Shown in pieces: positions 52,484 through 64,000 of a stretch of 64,000 nt of DNA. Location: the NCBI GenBank assembly GCA_951406725.2, contig OX597832.1:8246001-8310000 (forward strand). The letters are read 5' to 3'. The DNA comes from Octopus vulgaris (Eukaryota). The position numbers and the translations under genes are program-made. Numbering within the stretch: position 1 is the stretch's first letter; each line of letters opens with the position of its first letter. Under the pieces are notes generated by a model. That model was not told the origin of the DNA, searched no databases, and saw only the letters and a program-made list of their open reading frames with translations.

Positions 52484-52991
52484 TTGGTGGATCATCACCG
52501 AACAACTGACGAACTTGTTGATATGACTGGTGTGTCCTGAAGCTCCTGTCGACGATTTCTGAGCGAGGTTTTGTGAATTGCGAGGAATTTCGAATTATGC
52601 TGCGAGGAGTTGCAGGTAAATTTGTGCCTCGCCTGCTCACGGAAGATCAAAAGCAATCACGACTAAATGCGAGTCGTGAACAGTCGTGAACTGAAAGAAC
52701 AGCTGGAAATTCATCCGGACATTGTTCGAAGGTCACTACTGGTGACGAAAGCTGCTGGTTCTTCTGAATTTGCAGATGTGGAAGAGATGAAGAAAAAGAA
52801 AGAAGGACGGAGGCGTTAAAAGGCATCACTTCGCAAGAGTTCCGCCACTGCTTCCAACAGTGGAAAACGCCTCTAGACCGATATATTGCTTCAAATGGAG
52901 AATACTTTGAAGGCGTCAAAATGTAAATAGGTAAAGCGAAGTGGATAAAATAGTATTGAAAAACTCCGGTCTCTATTGGTTGCCCCTCGTA
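52484..52991 (+). mobile_element. Internally deleted mariner 3' part
   Basis: VAGKFVPRLLTEDQKQSRL (WVPHEL-type motif), VTTGDESCW, CFQQWK...YIASNGEYFEG; TIR ...TTGGTTGCCCCTCG-TA. Confidence 0.85.
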
Positions 52992-52997
52992 TATATA

Positions 52998-53145
52998 TAT
53001 CTGTAAATGTAATATGTGACAATTACTTGGTAGCCGCTTTTAAGCCGAATGATTGTCACATATTACATTTAAAGATAAATTCCTCTATTTACATAATATC
53101 GAGGACTCTTTCATTCTTTTGTTGTCTTACCATTTCTATCAATAT
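52998..53145. mobile_element. Penelope-like terminal repeat (same family as 6216-6335) with short fold-back
   Basis: AAATGTAATATGTGACAAT ... ATTGTCACATATTACATTT inverted pair; remainder nearly identical to 6240-6335. Confidence 0.7.
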
Positions 53146-53175
53146 ATACATATAAATACATACACACATACATAC

Positions 53176-53227
<52 letters not shown>

Positions 53228-53230
<3 letters not shown>

Positions 53231-53434
53231 CCAATTAAGGACTGAACACGAAAAGTGGACAGCCCAACATGCTAGATATAGACGTCAAATTGCCATTCTC
53301 CACAAAAAGTATGTTCTCAAATAAAACTGTGCTGAGTTTTATTTGAGAACATACTCTTTGTGGAGAATGGCAATTTGACGTCTATATCTAGCATGTTGGC
53401 TGTCCACTTTTCGTGTTCAGTCCTTAATTGGTAT
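53228..53434. repeat. Palindrome, arms about 100 bp, 6-nt spacer
   Basis: ...TTCTCAAATAAAACT gtgctg AGTTTTATTTGAGAA...; followed by 53440-53520, which resembles the 44370-44460 arm sequence (AATAT.CTA.ACCACTGGT.TT.AATTGA). Confidence 0.95.
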
Positions 53435-53512
53435 ATAAAAATATTTTAATCTTCGGATTCTTTTTAATATACTAGACCACTGGTTTTAATTGACTAATAT
53501 CAAGTTCTACCC

Positions 53513-53572
<60 letters not shown>

Positions 53573-54309
53573 ATATGTATACGCACACACATACACATAT
53601 ATATATATATGTGTGTGTGTGAGCATACATATATACATTGTGTGTGTATGTATGTGTGTGTGTACCTTATTTGCCACCGTGAGTATATCCCTGACATAAA
53701 GATCTGGAGCGAATGAAACAGGCGTAGTATTCTAGGTTTCTTAATTGAAGGAAATTTAAATTACACTTTTAAAACACATCTAGAAATACTGTGAATAGCA
53801 TCAAAAACTAAACTGATCTTATTTCTTTACAAGCAAATATAAATCCCATGCCGAATGCCAAGAAAAACAAAATAACCATAAACATACCATATATTTTACT
53901 TTTATGTAGCTTCATAATTCAGATAATTTCGAAAATATCTACTTGAATAGAATTTGATTAAGTATTTCCCGCTATATTTGTTATTTAGATTTTCATCTTA
54001 TATAATTTAATTCGAATTTTTGTACTTTCTCTCAACCATTTATATTTTTTCTCAATTACATCAAGATATATTTTAGTGCGCTTTAGTTCGCTTCTGAGAT
54101 ATAATAAGCGGAGTTAGCAGTAAAAGATGTCTTGTATAATGTAGTAATTTCCAAACTAAATAAATTAAAATTATTTATTTTTGTCTCTTAAGATCATTCA
54201 GTAGGATCGAATATTCTATTCTGATTTCTCATAATCTGATTATATCTTATTCGAATTAACTCTGGAAATACATAATATACATGCAGTTATGTATGTGCGA
54301 TATAGATAG

Positions 54310-54376
<67 letters not shown>

Positions 54377-54544
54377 CAGATATATATACACATATATATA
54401 TAAATAAATATACGTATATTTATATATGTATGCAATGTAAATCAGTGTTTATGCACGTGTGTATAAATGTTTGTATTAAGTATATACGTATGCATGTGTA
54501 TATACATACATATACATACATATGTATATATGTATATATACAAC

Positions 54545-54579
<35 letters not shown>

Positions 54580-54595
54580 GTATATGTGTGCGCGC

Positions 54596-54651
<56 letters not shown>

Positions 54652-54786
54652 GGATCCGTGTATGTGTGATGTGCAGTAACTTTCATGCGTTTTCTGTCAA
54701 TAACATAGTTCTGAAGAGAAAAAATTGGTCCTACGACTATAAACTGAGACACGAATATATATGCAAGTATATATATATATATATAT

Positions 54787-54847
<61 letters not shown>

Positions 54848-55215
54848 AAACGAATTTAGTGAATCTGTGAACATCTATACTTACTTTTTAAAATCAGAAT
54901 GTTCTTATAAGGTCATCATATACAGCTATGTAAACAAATATACTTATCAACAGTAGACAACGCAAGGACGCATTCAACCCGCACAGAATCTCTTAAGCGC
55001 ACGTTTCAGAAAAAAAAAAAAATAAAGAAAACACTCTTATGATTAAATTTATTTGAATATAAATTTGGGTTAACGTATTAATGAAAATAATCTTCATTGT
55101 TCTTCTGAGCTCCAGTCAGAAATAGTATCTTCCTATATCTAAAAAATCTTATGCACAAAACGTAAGGCTTCATGAGCATCATATATATTGAGGTAACTAA
55201 CAAGCTAAGTAACAA

Positions 55216-55306
<91 letters not shown>

Positions 55307-55309
55307 GAA

Positions 55310-55800
55310 CATGGAGAAATACATCTAAATCAATTATCAACTAACCAGATAATACCCAATCACATAATTTATTAAACCACTACATATGGACATTAAGCTC
55401 AAACATAATAATGTAGAACAAAACAGTGTACATGAAGGAGTAATATGATACAATAAATACAGTATGCATAAGTGAATATAAATAAATATAGCTATAAATA
55501 TAGACTACATCTTATAGCTGTTTCGGCCATGCAGATATGGGTGTCTCATTTTGCTCATATTAGCCATGTGTGATAGGTCAATATGTAGTTATACATGAGA
55601 CACTTACAAAAACATCCCAAGGCATCTTCGGAGATTATGAAATACAAACTAAATTAAATATGAATATCAGAGGAGGTACACCCATACACCCATTTGTATT
55701 AGTAATTTGTGGTAAATCATTTTACCTTTGCCCATATAATACAGTAAATGAATTAATTGCATCGCAATTTTTAGCATTTATGTATTAACTTTGTTGGGTA
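55310..55800 (-). mobile_element. Penelope-like fragment with decayed long-stem-II hammerhead (55509-55635)
   Basis: Minus strand: ATCT CCGAAGA T GCC...GGC C GAAA CAGCTA TA AGAT; internal hairpin GTGTCTCAT/ATGAGACAC. Confidence 0.5.
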
Positions 55801-55870
55801 CTTCACTAGCAGTTAATTGGGTATATGTTATCCCATGGAGGGTTGCATTTACAACCCCTATCGCAATATG

Positions 55871-55908
<38 letters not shown>

Positions 55909-56148
55909 TACATGTGCGCGCGTCTGCTTTTTGTGTGTGCGTGTGTATGTTTGTGAGTGTGGGCGTGTACAAATATAAATATAGATATAAATATAACTAA
56001 ATGTCTATTTTGGCGGCGCTCCAGCATGGTCACCGTGTGTGTTTATATATGTACATGTAGTCATGTGTGTGTATTTCGTTGATGGAAACTGCAAGAAAAC
56101 TGTCCTTCACATACTTACATACATACATGCATATATATATACATATAT

Positions 56149-56230
<82 letters not shown>

Positions 56231-56261
56231 GTATATATATATGTATATATATGTATTTACA

Positions 56262-56381
<120 letters not shown>

Positions 56382-56552
56382 ATGACTGACAAAGGGAGAT
56401 AAATCACCAGCAATTATAGCCGGATCGAGATTTCGAAGTTTCATTCTAATTAACCACTCTTAACGCATAGGGTTAAATTCGAGTACCTGTGTCAGTCATA
56501 TAACACAGAACCTTGAAAATATGTGCTGATTTTCATAACAGAAGTAGTGCGT

Positions 56553-56930
56553 GTAGGCGCATGGCTCAGAGGTTGGAGCATGGAGCTCACAATTATGAGG
56601 TAGTGTCTTCGATTCCCAGACCGGGCTGTGTGTTGTGTTCATGAGAATGATACTATATTTCACGTTGTTCCAGTTCACTCAGCTGTATAAATGTGTTGCG
56701 ACGATACTGGTGTATCGGCCTAAGATGTATCGGCCCTTGCATTTCCCTTGAATAACATCGGTAGCGTGGAAAGGAGAGGCTGGTATACATGGGCGACTGC
56801 TGGTCTTCCATAAACAACCTTGACCGGAATTTCCCTCAGAGGCTAACTTTCTAGGTGCAATATCATGATTATTTATAGTCGAAGAGGATCTATGCATTTT
56901 ACTTTATTTATTTATTTATCTATTTATTTA
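56553..56930 (+). mobile_element. tRNA-derived SINE (family C-related head, different 3' tail)
   Basis: GGCGCATGGCTCAGAGGTT (A box), TTCGATTCCC (B box), TTTCACGTTG.TCCAGTTCACTCA shared with 10875-11124, (TTTA)n tail. Confidence 0.75.
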
Positions 56931-57339
56931 TGTATGTATGTATGTATGTATGTATACGCACCTCTCTGTGTTATGGTGCTTATGAGTGTGTATGACAATA
57001 AGTGCATTTACATTTGGACGTGTATAATATTTATAGATTAAATTAAAATATTTAAAAAGATATGGCCAGATACGTGAATAAATTTTCGCAGAGACATGTA
57101 CATGACGTCTGAAACATTTTATGTCTCTGCAAATATATATAGCCATACAGATATACTGGGTTACACATCGTATCGAAATATGTTTAAGATAAGTTTTAAT
57201 CCATTTGGATATAAGATATATAAAGTGCTTTTGAAATATCATTCAATATTTATGATTCAGTATTTTACCATCTAATATAAAGCTTTTGCATTTCCTGGGA
57301 TAAGATATGAGTTATAATGTATATATACGTATATACACA

Positions 57340-57342
57340 TAA

Positions 57343-57424
<82 letters not shown>

Positions 57425-57499
57425 ATAAATATATATATATATATGTATATGGATATATATATATATATATATATAATTTGATATATATATTTACACACA

Positions 57500-57541
<42 letters not shown>

Positions 57542-57550
57542 TGTGTGTAA

Positions 57551-57602
<52 letters not shown>

Positions 57603-57968
57603 GTATTTGTGTGTGTGCTCACATAAGTACATATCTTGCATATTTCAGTTTTTACTTTAAAAAAACAACATTTTAGACCACGTAGTGATAGACGTGTGGA
57701 TATTACACAGTAAAAGAGTTTAGTATTTATTTCCTTGTGGCAATTTATGAATTGGCCGAAGAAAACACAAGAAAAAATCAACAAGAGAACAACAAAGCAA
57801 AATAATGAAACGGTAATCTTAAACCAGTGGTAGGAAAATTTATGAATCTCGCAGATACTGAATATTTATTCTTCTCAGAAAATATTTAGTTATGAATATT
57901 TATTATTTGATGTGTGAAAGACTAATATATAAATATATATATATATATATACAAATAATATATATGAC

Positions 57969-58010
<42 letters not shown>

Positions 58011-58033
58011 CGACATATATATATATGTATATG

Positions 58034-58072
<39 letters not shown>

Positions 58073-58105
58073 GTATATATATATACATATATATATATAT
58101 ATTGC

Positions 58106-58185
<80 letters not shown>
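57340..58185. repeat. Interrupted (TA)n/(TG)n arrays
   Basis: Direct reading. Confidence 0.9.
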
Positions 58186-58186
<1 letters not shown>

Positions 58187-58510
58187 AATATATGGGTTAA
58201 AACAGAACAAGAAAAGGAACAACAAAAATACATAAAAAAAACGAAAACAAATATCTATATGATAAATCTCTATGGATATTCATGAATATTGTAGAAATTT
58301 ATAGCCTTAATATTCAAGTATTCATTTTCTGTAAGATTGAGCCAAGAATTGACGTATCAAAACATTATAAGTATCGTATTAGATATTTCAGAAAATGATA
58401 TTCTCTTTCAATATATTATTACGTTGTTTATATAACAAGTAATACATACACATACCATATACACACATACATTCATAATATATGCACATACGTGTATATT
58501 TATATGCATA

Positions 58511-58569
<59 letters not shown>

Positions 58570-58933
58570 CGCGCACACACGTATTGGGAAACGTAGACAA
58601 GTATTAATACTGATAAAAGATTATGGCTAAGCATGAATTTGAATTTGAAAACTAGCATACGTATGCATGTATGTATTTATGCATCTATTGCTCTTTATCT
58701 CTATCTACCAATACATACATAGGCACGTGTATGTAAGTGTATGTCTGTATGTTTCTACGCGAGTGCAAATAGATGATGGAAAAACAATAAAAAGCGAACA
58801 ATATATATGTATGTATCTATAAATATGTATGTATGGATACACACGCACAACCACACACACGTATATATATATATACATACATACACTCGTACATACGAAC
58901 ATATATATGTATGTATGTATATATGTATGTATG

Positions 58934-58997
<64 letters not shown>

Positions 58998-59459
58998 TGC
59001 TAATATAGATGAAACTAAGAAGCATTCGATGGATTTGCATAGAATTTAAATTAATGCGTTGATACGTAGATATGAGGTTGTGCCTGATTGCATAATGTAA
59101 TCGACATACATACGTACTTGCCTACAGAAATGAGTATATCATAAATATTGATGCATGCCTATATATATATACATACATACACGAACATATACCTCCCACA
59201 CATGCAGACACATACACACAAATACACATATTCGTATGTGTACTTATATCGTTTATGTATGTATGTATTATACACATATATATAAATTATCTAAATATAT
59301 ATTATCTATGTATCTATCTATCTCTACAATTATACATACATACACATGCACAGGTATATATACATATATTGTTGTGTATCTACAGATCTAGCGATACTTA
59401 CGTACGTGTTTATACAATATGTGAATATATAATCACATGCATATGTATGTATATAGATA

Positions 59460-59493
<34 letters not shown>

Positions 59494-60082
59494 ATATGTG
59501 TGTGTTTATGTGTGTGTGTTTATATGTATATGCGCAGAAATAACTGCACGACTCCTACTGCCATATTTAGAGCTCTATCAACATTATCTCATGCCATTCT
59601 GCTTACTGTATATTGGTTAATTATCTCCTACACACTATCGTACTTCTAACTATTTAATACAGATCAAATGTAGGAGAAATGAAGGTAAGCACTAGATTTT
59701 ATTATTAGCTTACACATTATTAGCGTACATTCTGCCATGATGACCGTTTGGATTCGTGCATTGGAAGTCCCAATTGCGGTTGAATGCTTAGATAGACCGG
59801 TTCGCCAAAAGAAACTTCCTTGTAGTAACCTGCATAGAGCCCGTTTGAAGTGCTGAATGGTGAGGTATTTTATAAAATACGTGCATGTCTCTGTGTGTGT
59901 ATATACAAATAAATTACAATTTTTGCCTCTCTTGCGCCATATAAACTCGTAATGTTTGAACAGGAAATATATATTCTAGTAGGGTTTAAGCGAATGTATC
60001 TAAAATTATTGGAACTATTCTTGTGGATATGTGCACTTTAACTAAGAGCATTTTGTCCTGGGTGTGGGCTTGTCTGGATCCC

Positions 60083-60115
<33 letters not shown>

Positions 60116-60116
60116 G

Positions 60117-60228
60117 TTAGCCCGGGGCTATAGTAGAAGGCACTTGCCAAAAGTGCCATGCAGTGGGACTGAACCCGGAATCATGTGGTTGGTACGCAAG
60201 CTACTGACCATATAGTCATTCCTGCGCG
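60117..60228 (-). mobile_element. SINE family A head fragment
   Basis: GCTATAGTAGAAGGCACTTGCC...GGGACTGAACCCGGAATCATGTGG. Confidence 0.8.
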
Positions 60229-60525
60229 TATATATTGATTCCTATACTATCGCGTATGTTACGTACTAATAAAACCCACTGTGGGTGAAAATCCGCGAAG
60301 TACAGCCAGTACTGTACTTTATATTTTTTTATTATCATTTTTATAATTTGTATATATTTATTTTATTATAAATGCAAGACAACACCACGAAGGAATGAAG
60401 GAATCGGCCTAATCTTAAATAATAAACCGCGATAGGTGAACTGCAATATGGCGAGTATGTATGTGCACACACACACACACGCGCACACACACACGCACAC
60501 ACACGCGCACACACACACACACACG

Positions 60526-60620
<95 letters not shown>

Positions 60621-61382
60621 ACAGTAATAAGGGTGAAATACCTCCTGGCTTTCTGTTAATGTAAATGCACCAGGCTAATAAAAGGGGTGTTCTGATTGGT
60701 ATGGAAATCCTAATGTGAGAACCGAAATTCTTTCAGCTTTCTCTGTAAATCCATGGTTGTATTACCAAATTAATATGGTATGTTTTCACCGAGTGCAATA
60801 CAATTGACCTCATACATTTATTTATTTGTGCATTGTAGAGTTTCGGTCGTTTCAGACATGCATTTTACCTTCGTTTATGATTCCGGTTATTCAGTTGGTT
60901 GATTGATTGACTGGTCAATGTGAACGAATTTTATAAATGCTATTGTTTTCAGAGTCAGCCCGTCACGTGTCAAAGGGAAAAGAAAAGAAAAGAAACAAAC
61001 ATATGGAAAGAGGAGCAAAAAGAAATGTAAAATGTACGAAATAGGACATGAGAAAAGGAGAAAGAGACAGAGAGAGGCAGAGAAAGAGAAAGACAGGCAG
61101 AGAGGGCTGAGAGAGAAGGAAGCAGGATATAAACGAAAGGGTTAGGAGGGTAAATGGTCACTGTTGTATCTCGGAGGAACGAGGTCAACATTTTCTAGGC
61201 ATCAGCCTTAGTCCATTGTTGTGTATTAGTACGGTCGAATAGTATTAGCATAAGGTACTGAAATCTGATACCCACCACTTTCTCTAGTGGTCATATTTTT
61301 TGTGAAATTTGATGACATCTAGGTCATTTCTTGTTGGATTACTACTACATTATTTTTTTTCTAACATAAATCAAATACGTTG

Positions 61383-61485
61383 TTTTGCCTTTCATCCATT
61401 CGGGGTCGATAAATTAAGTACCATTTACGCACTGGGGTCGATGTAATCGACTTAATCCGTTTGTCTGTCCTTGTTCGTCCCCTCT
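61383..61485 (+). mobile_element. SINE family B core fragment
   Basis: TTTGCCTTTCATCCATTCGGGGTCGATAAATTAAGTACC. Confidence 0.8.
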
Positions 61486-62329
61486 TAGTAATTTATTTGT
61501 TGTGCTTCCTTGCAAATAAATCAAATAGAAGGATTTACGGAGAATCTTGCCGCTCAGAATATAGAAATATTTCTCATGGGACCAGACAAAATGGAAAAAC
61601 GCTAGAGAGGGAGATGGTGTTTGTTAGGATGTGCTTAACTAAGGTAGCTTATTTTCTGTAGTTATTCAAAAGTTATACAACGTCTGAAATGAAATAAACA
61701 GCAACAATGTAAAGGGATTAAAATTCAAGAAAATTAAATCCGAATACATTACGGTAAAATAAAATGGTAAAAAATGCAAGAATATAGAATCAGAAAAAGG
61801 AAAGAATAGGAAATTAAATCGTGGTAAAATAAGATAAACATGAGGTAAACGAATAGAATACAATAAATGACATAAATAAACAGGATACCTTATAGTGAAA
61901 TACGAGAGAATCAGATACATTGAATTAAATTGCAATGTGGTAAAGAAAATAAACGTCACAACGCAAAGTAGAGAAATAATGACCGTTGTATAATTATATA
62001 TTTGATATATGCGAATTCACAATAATAAAGAAATAAAAGTAAAAGTTAATCAAACAATGCTTTACCAAAATAATAACAAATGTGATAACAGAAGTATAAC
62101 AAAACATCATAATTATAAAATAATAAATAACGTAACTAGAACGAAATTAAACAATATAAAATCAACGGAATCCTCATATTTTCCAAATAATACAGAGAGA
62201 GACAGATAGATGTAAATGTAGATTTTCTGTGAATTAAGTTACTAAGAACACTAAGAAAACTAAGAACATTACCCTTACTATGGAAATTAACCATGTATGG
62301 TCATCATCATCATCATTGTTCGACCGTGG

Positions 62330-62510
62330 TCGAGACAATGGAATTTACCATGCTATGTCAGACTTCACGGTCCATCATAGCATTACGGAGGTCCTGTTGC
62401 TGGATGCCTGTATCCCTACTATTCTCCTCTGGAAGCCATCTACTCGCAATACCAGAGGGCGCACACTCTCCTACCCTGATGTAATCTCCAGGGGTACAGG
62501 CATCCATAAA
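62330..62510 (+). pseudogene. RTE/RTE-X LINE C-terminal scrap
   Basis: TILLWKPSTRNTRGRTLSYPDVISR resembles the RTE-type LLWxP...RGR...Y.D motif. Confidence 0.5.
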
Positions 62511-63027
62511 AGAGGAGGGGAAAGAAGAACCATGTGTCACCCTAATCTCATGGACTGTTGTGTATCTCATCCGATACCTCACCTGATTGCTCCCTAGTTA
62601 TATAGGTAGCAGTAAAAATGTTTATATCATATTGCTAATTTCTGTGTTTTATTTATGATATCGTCTGACGTAAATACTAGGCGTGACACTTCTAGGTAAG
62701 GTTCGCATCTCGATCTTTCTACGTCGTAAGTTAGTACCCAACTTAATATCGAACATACTAAATTATATTCTAAAGTTTTATTGTTGCTAAGATGACAAGT
62801 TAGCTTACTAAGCGCTGTTGAGCTTTCTTTATTTCTATGTCTGAATGTTGAGAGGTGGTTATAAAATCGAAGTTAGAAAGCTACTGCGCAAAATCTTATG
62901 TAATTGAAAACATTATTATCCATAAAGACCAAGCATTTTGCACTATGTTCTCTAGACATTGTTTATTTGTTTGGTTCCCTAGAGTTACAATTATTAATTT
63001 TGCCATTATTTTCGCTACTTTAATTGT

Positions 63028-63412
<385 letters not shown>

Positions 63413-63787
63413 GTCTTGTAGTTGCTCCTGCTATTAATGCTGTTATTGTTGTAGCTCCATCCCCTATGGTTATGTCTGTTATTATTACATCCATTATTAT
63501 TATTATCGCCCTCATTATTCTTCTTATTAATTTCAGCCTTACAGTTATAATCATTACCGGCATCGCTGATGAGTGTGTTCTAAATACTTCTTTAACTCTT
63601 TTTATTAATGTTATTACTATAGACCATATCGTTTATTGTGAGCTTTCGTACACTTGCTGCTATTAGTATGTTTGTTATTACAATTCACATGTTTAGTACC
63701 ATCGTCCTTAGCAATGATTATATTTCTATTTATGCCATTATTATCCTAGGAATCACTGTTGTTATTGATCTTACTATTATTGTCATT

Positions 63788-63883
63788 CTTCTCTTCTTCT
63801 TCTTCTTCTTCTTCTTCTTCTTCTTCTTCTTCTTCTTCTTCTTCTTCTTCTTCTTCTTCTTCTTCTTCTTCTTCTTCTTCTTC
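63788..63883. repeat. (TTC)n
   Basis: Direct reading. Confidence 0.97.
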
Positions 63884-63960
63884 ATTTCCGTTGTCATTGA
63901 CATCATTCTTACTCAGCGCGTGCTTCTTACAGTTTGTATCACTACTGTTGCTAGTACAAT

Positions 63961-64000
<40 letters not shown>

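Noticed and set aside
56382-56498. Hammerhead-like strings here and at about 19420, 27530 and 60840
   Set aside because: Core or stems too degenerate to distinguish from chance by eye
60828-60850. miR-33-like GTGCATTGTAG
   Set aside because: Match stops after 11 nt; no convincing star arm

Overview
AT-rich eukaryotic (metazoan) DNA made almost entirely of repeats. The SINE families and the extreme microsatellite load point to an Octopus/coleoid cephalopod intergenic or intronic region (inference from repeat recognition). No intact host protein-coding gene is supported: nearly all listed ORFs are translated microsatellites or SINEs. Contents: (i) about 20 copies of at least four tRNA-derived SINE families; (ii) decayed LINEs (a Tx1/L1-like 3' end inside a (TATC)n array, an R4/Dong-like RLE element, RTE fragments); (iii) decayed Tc1/mariner transposons and two probable non-autonomous Helitrons; (iv) an intron-containing tRNA-Lys(TTT) with a damaged T-stem, whose 3' trailer joins a retroposon tail; (v) about ten minimal type-I hammerhead-ribozyme motifs from several sequence families. 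Two of these look intact and are in inverted orientation (48224-48314 and 48947-49037). The hammerheads lie in short non-coding Penelope-like terminal-repeat fragments at microsatellites, and several are tied to 100-300 bp fold-back palindromes. Element boundaries were read by eye and are approximate unless a motif is quoted.
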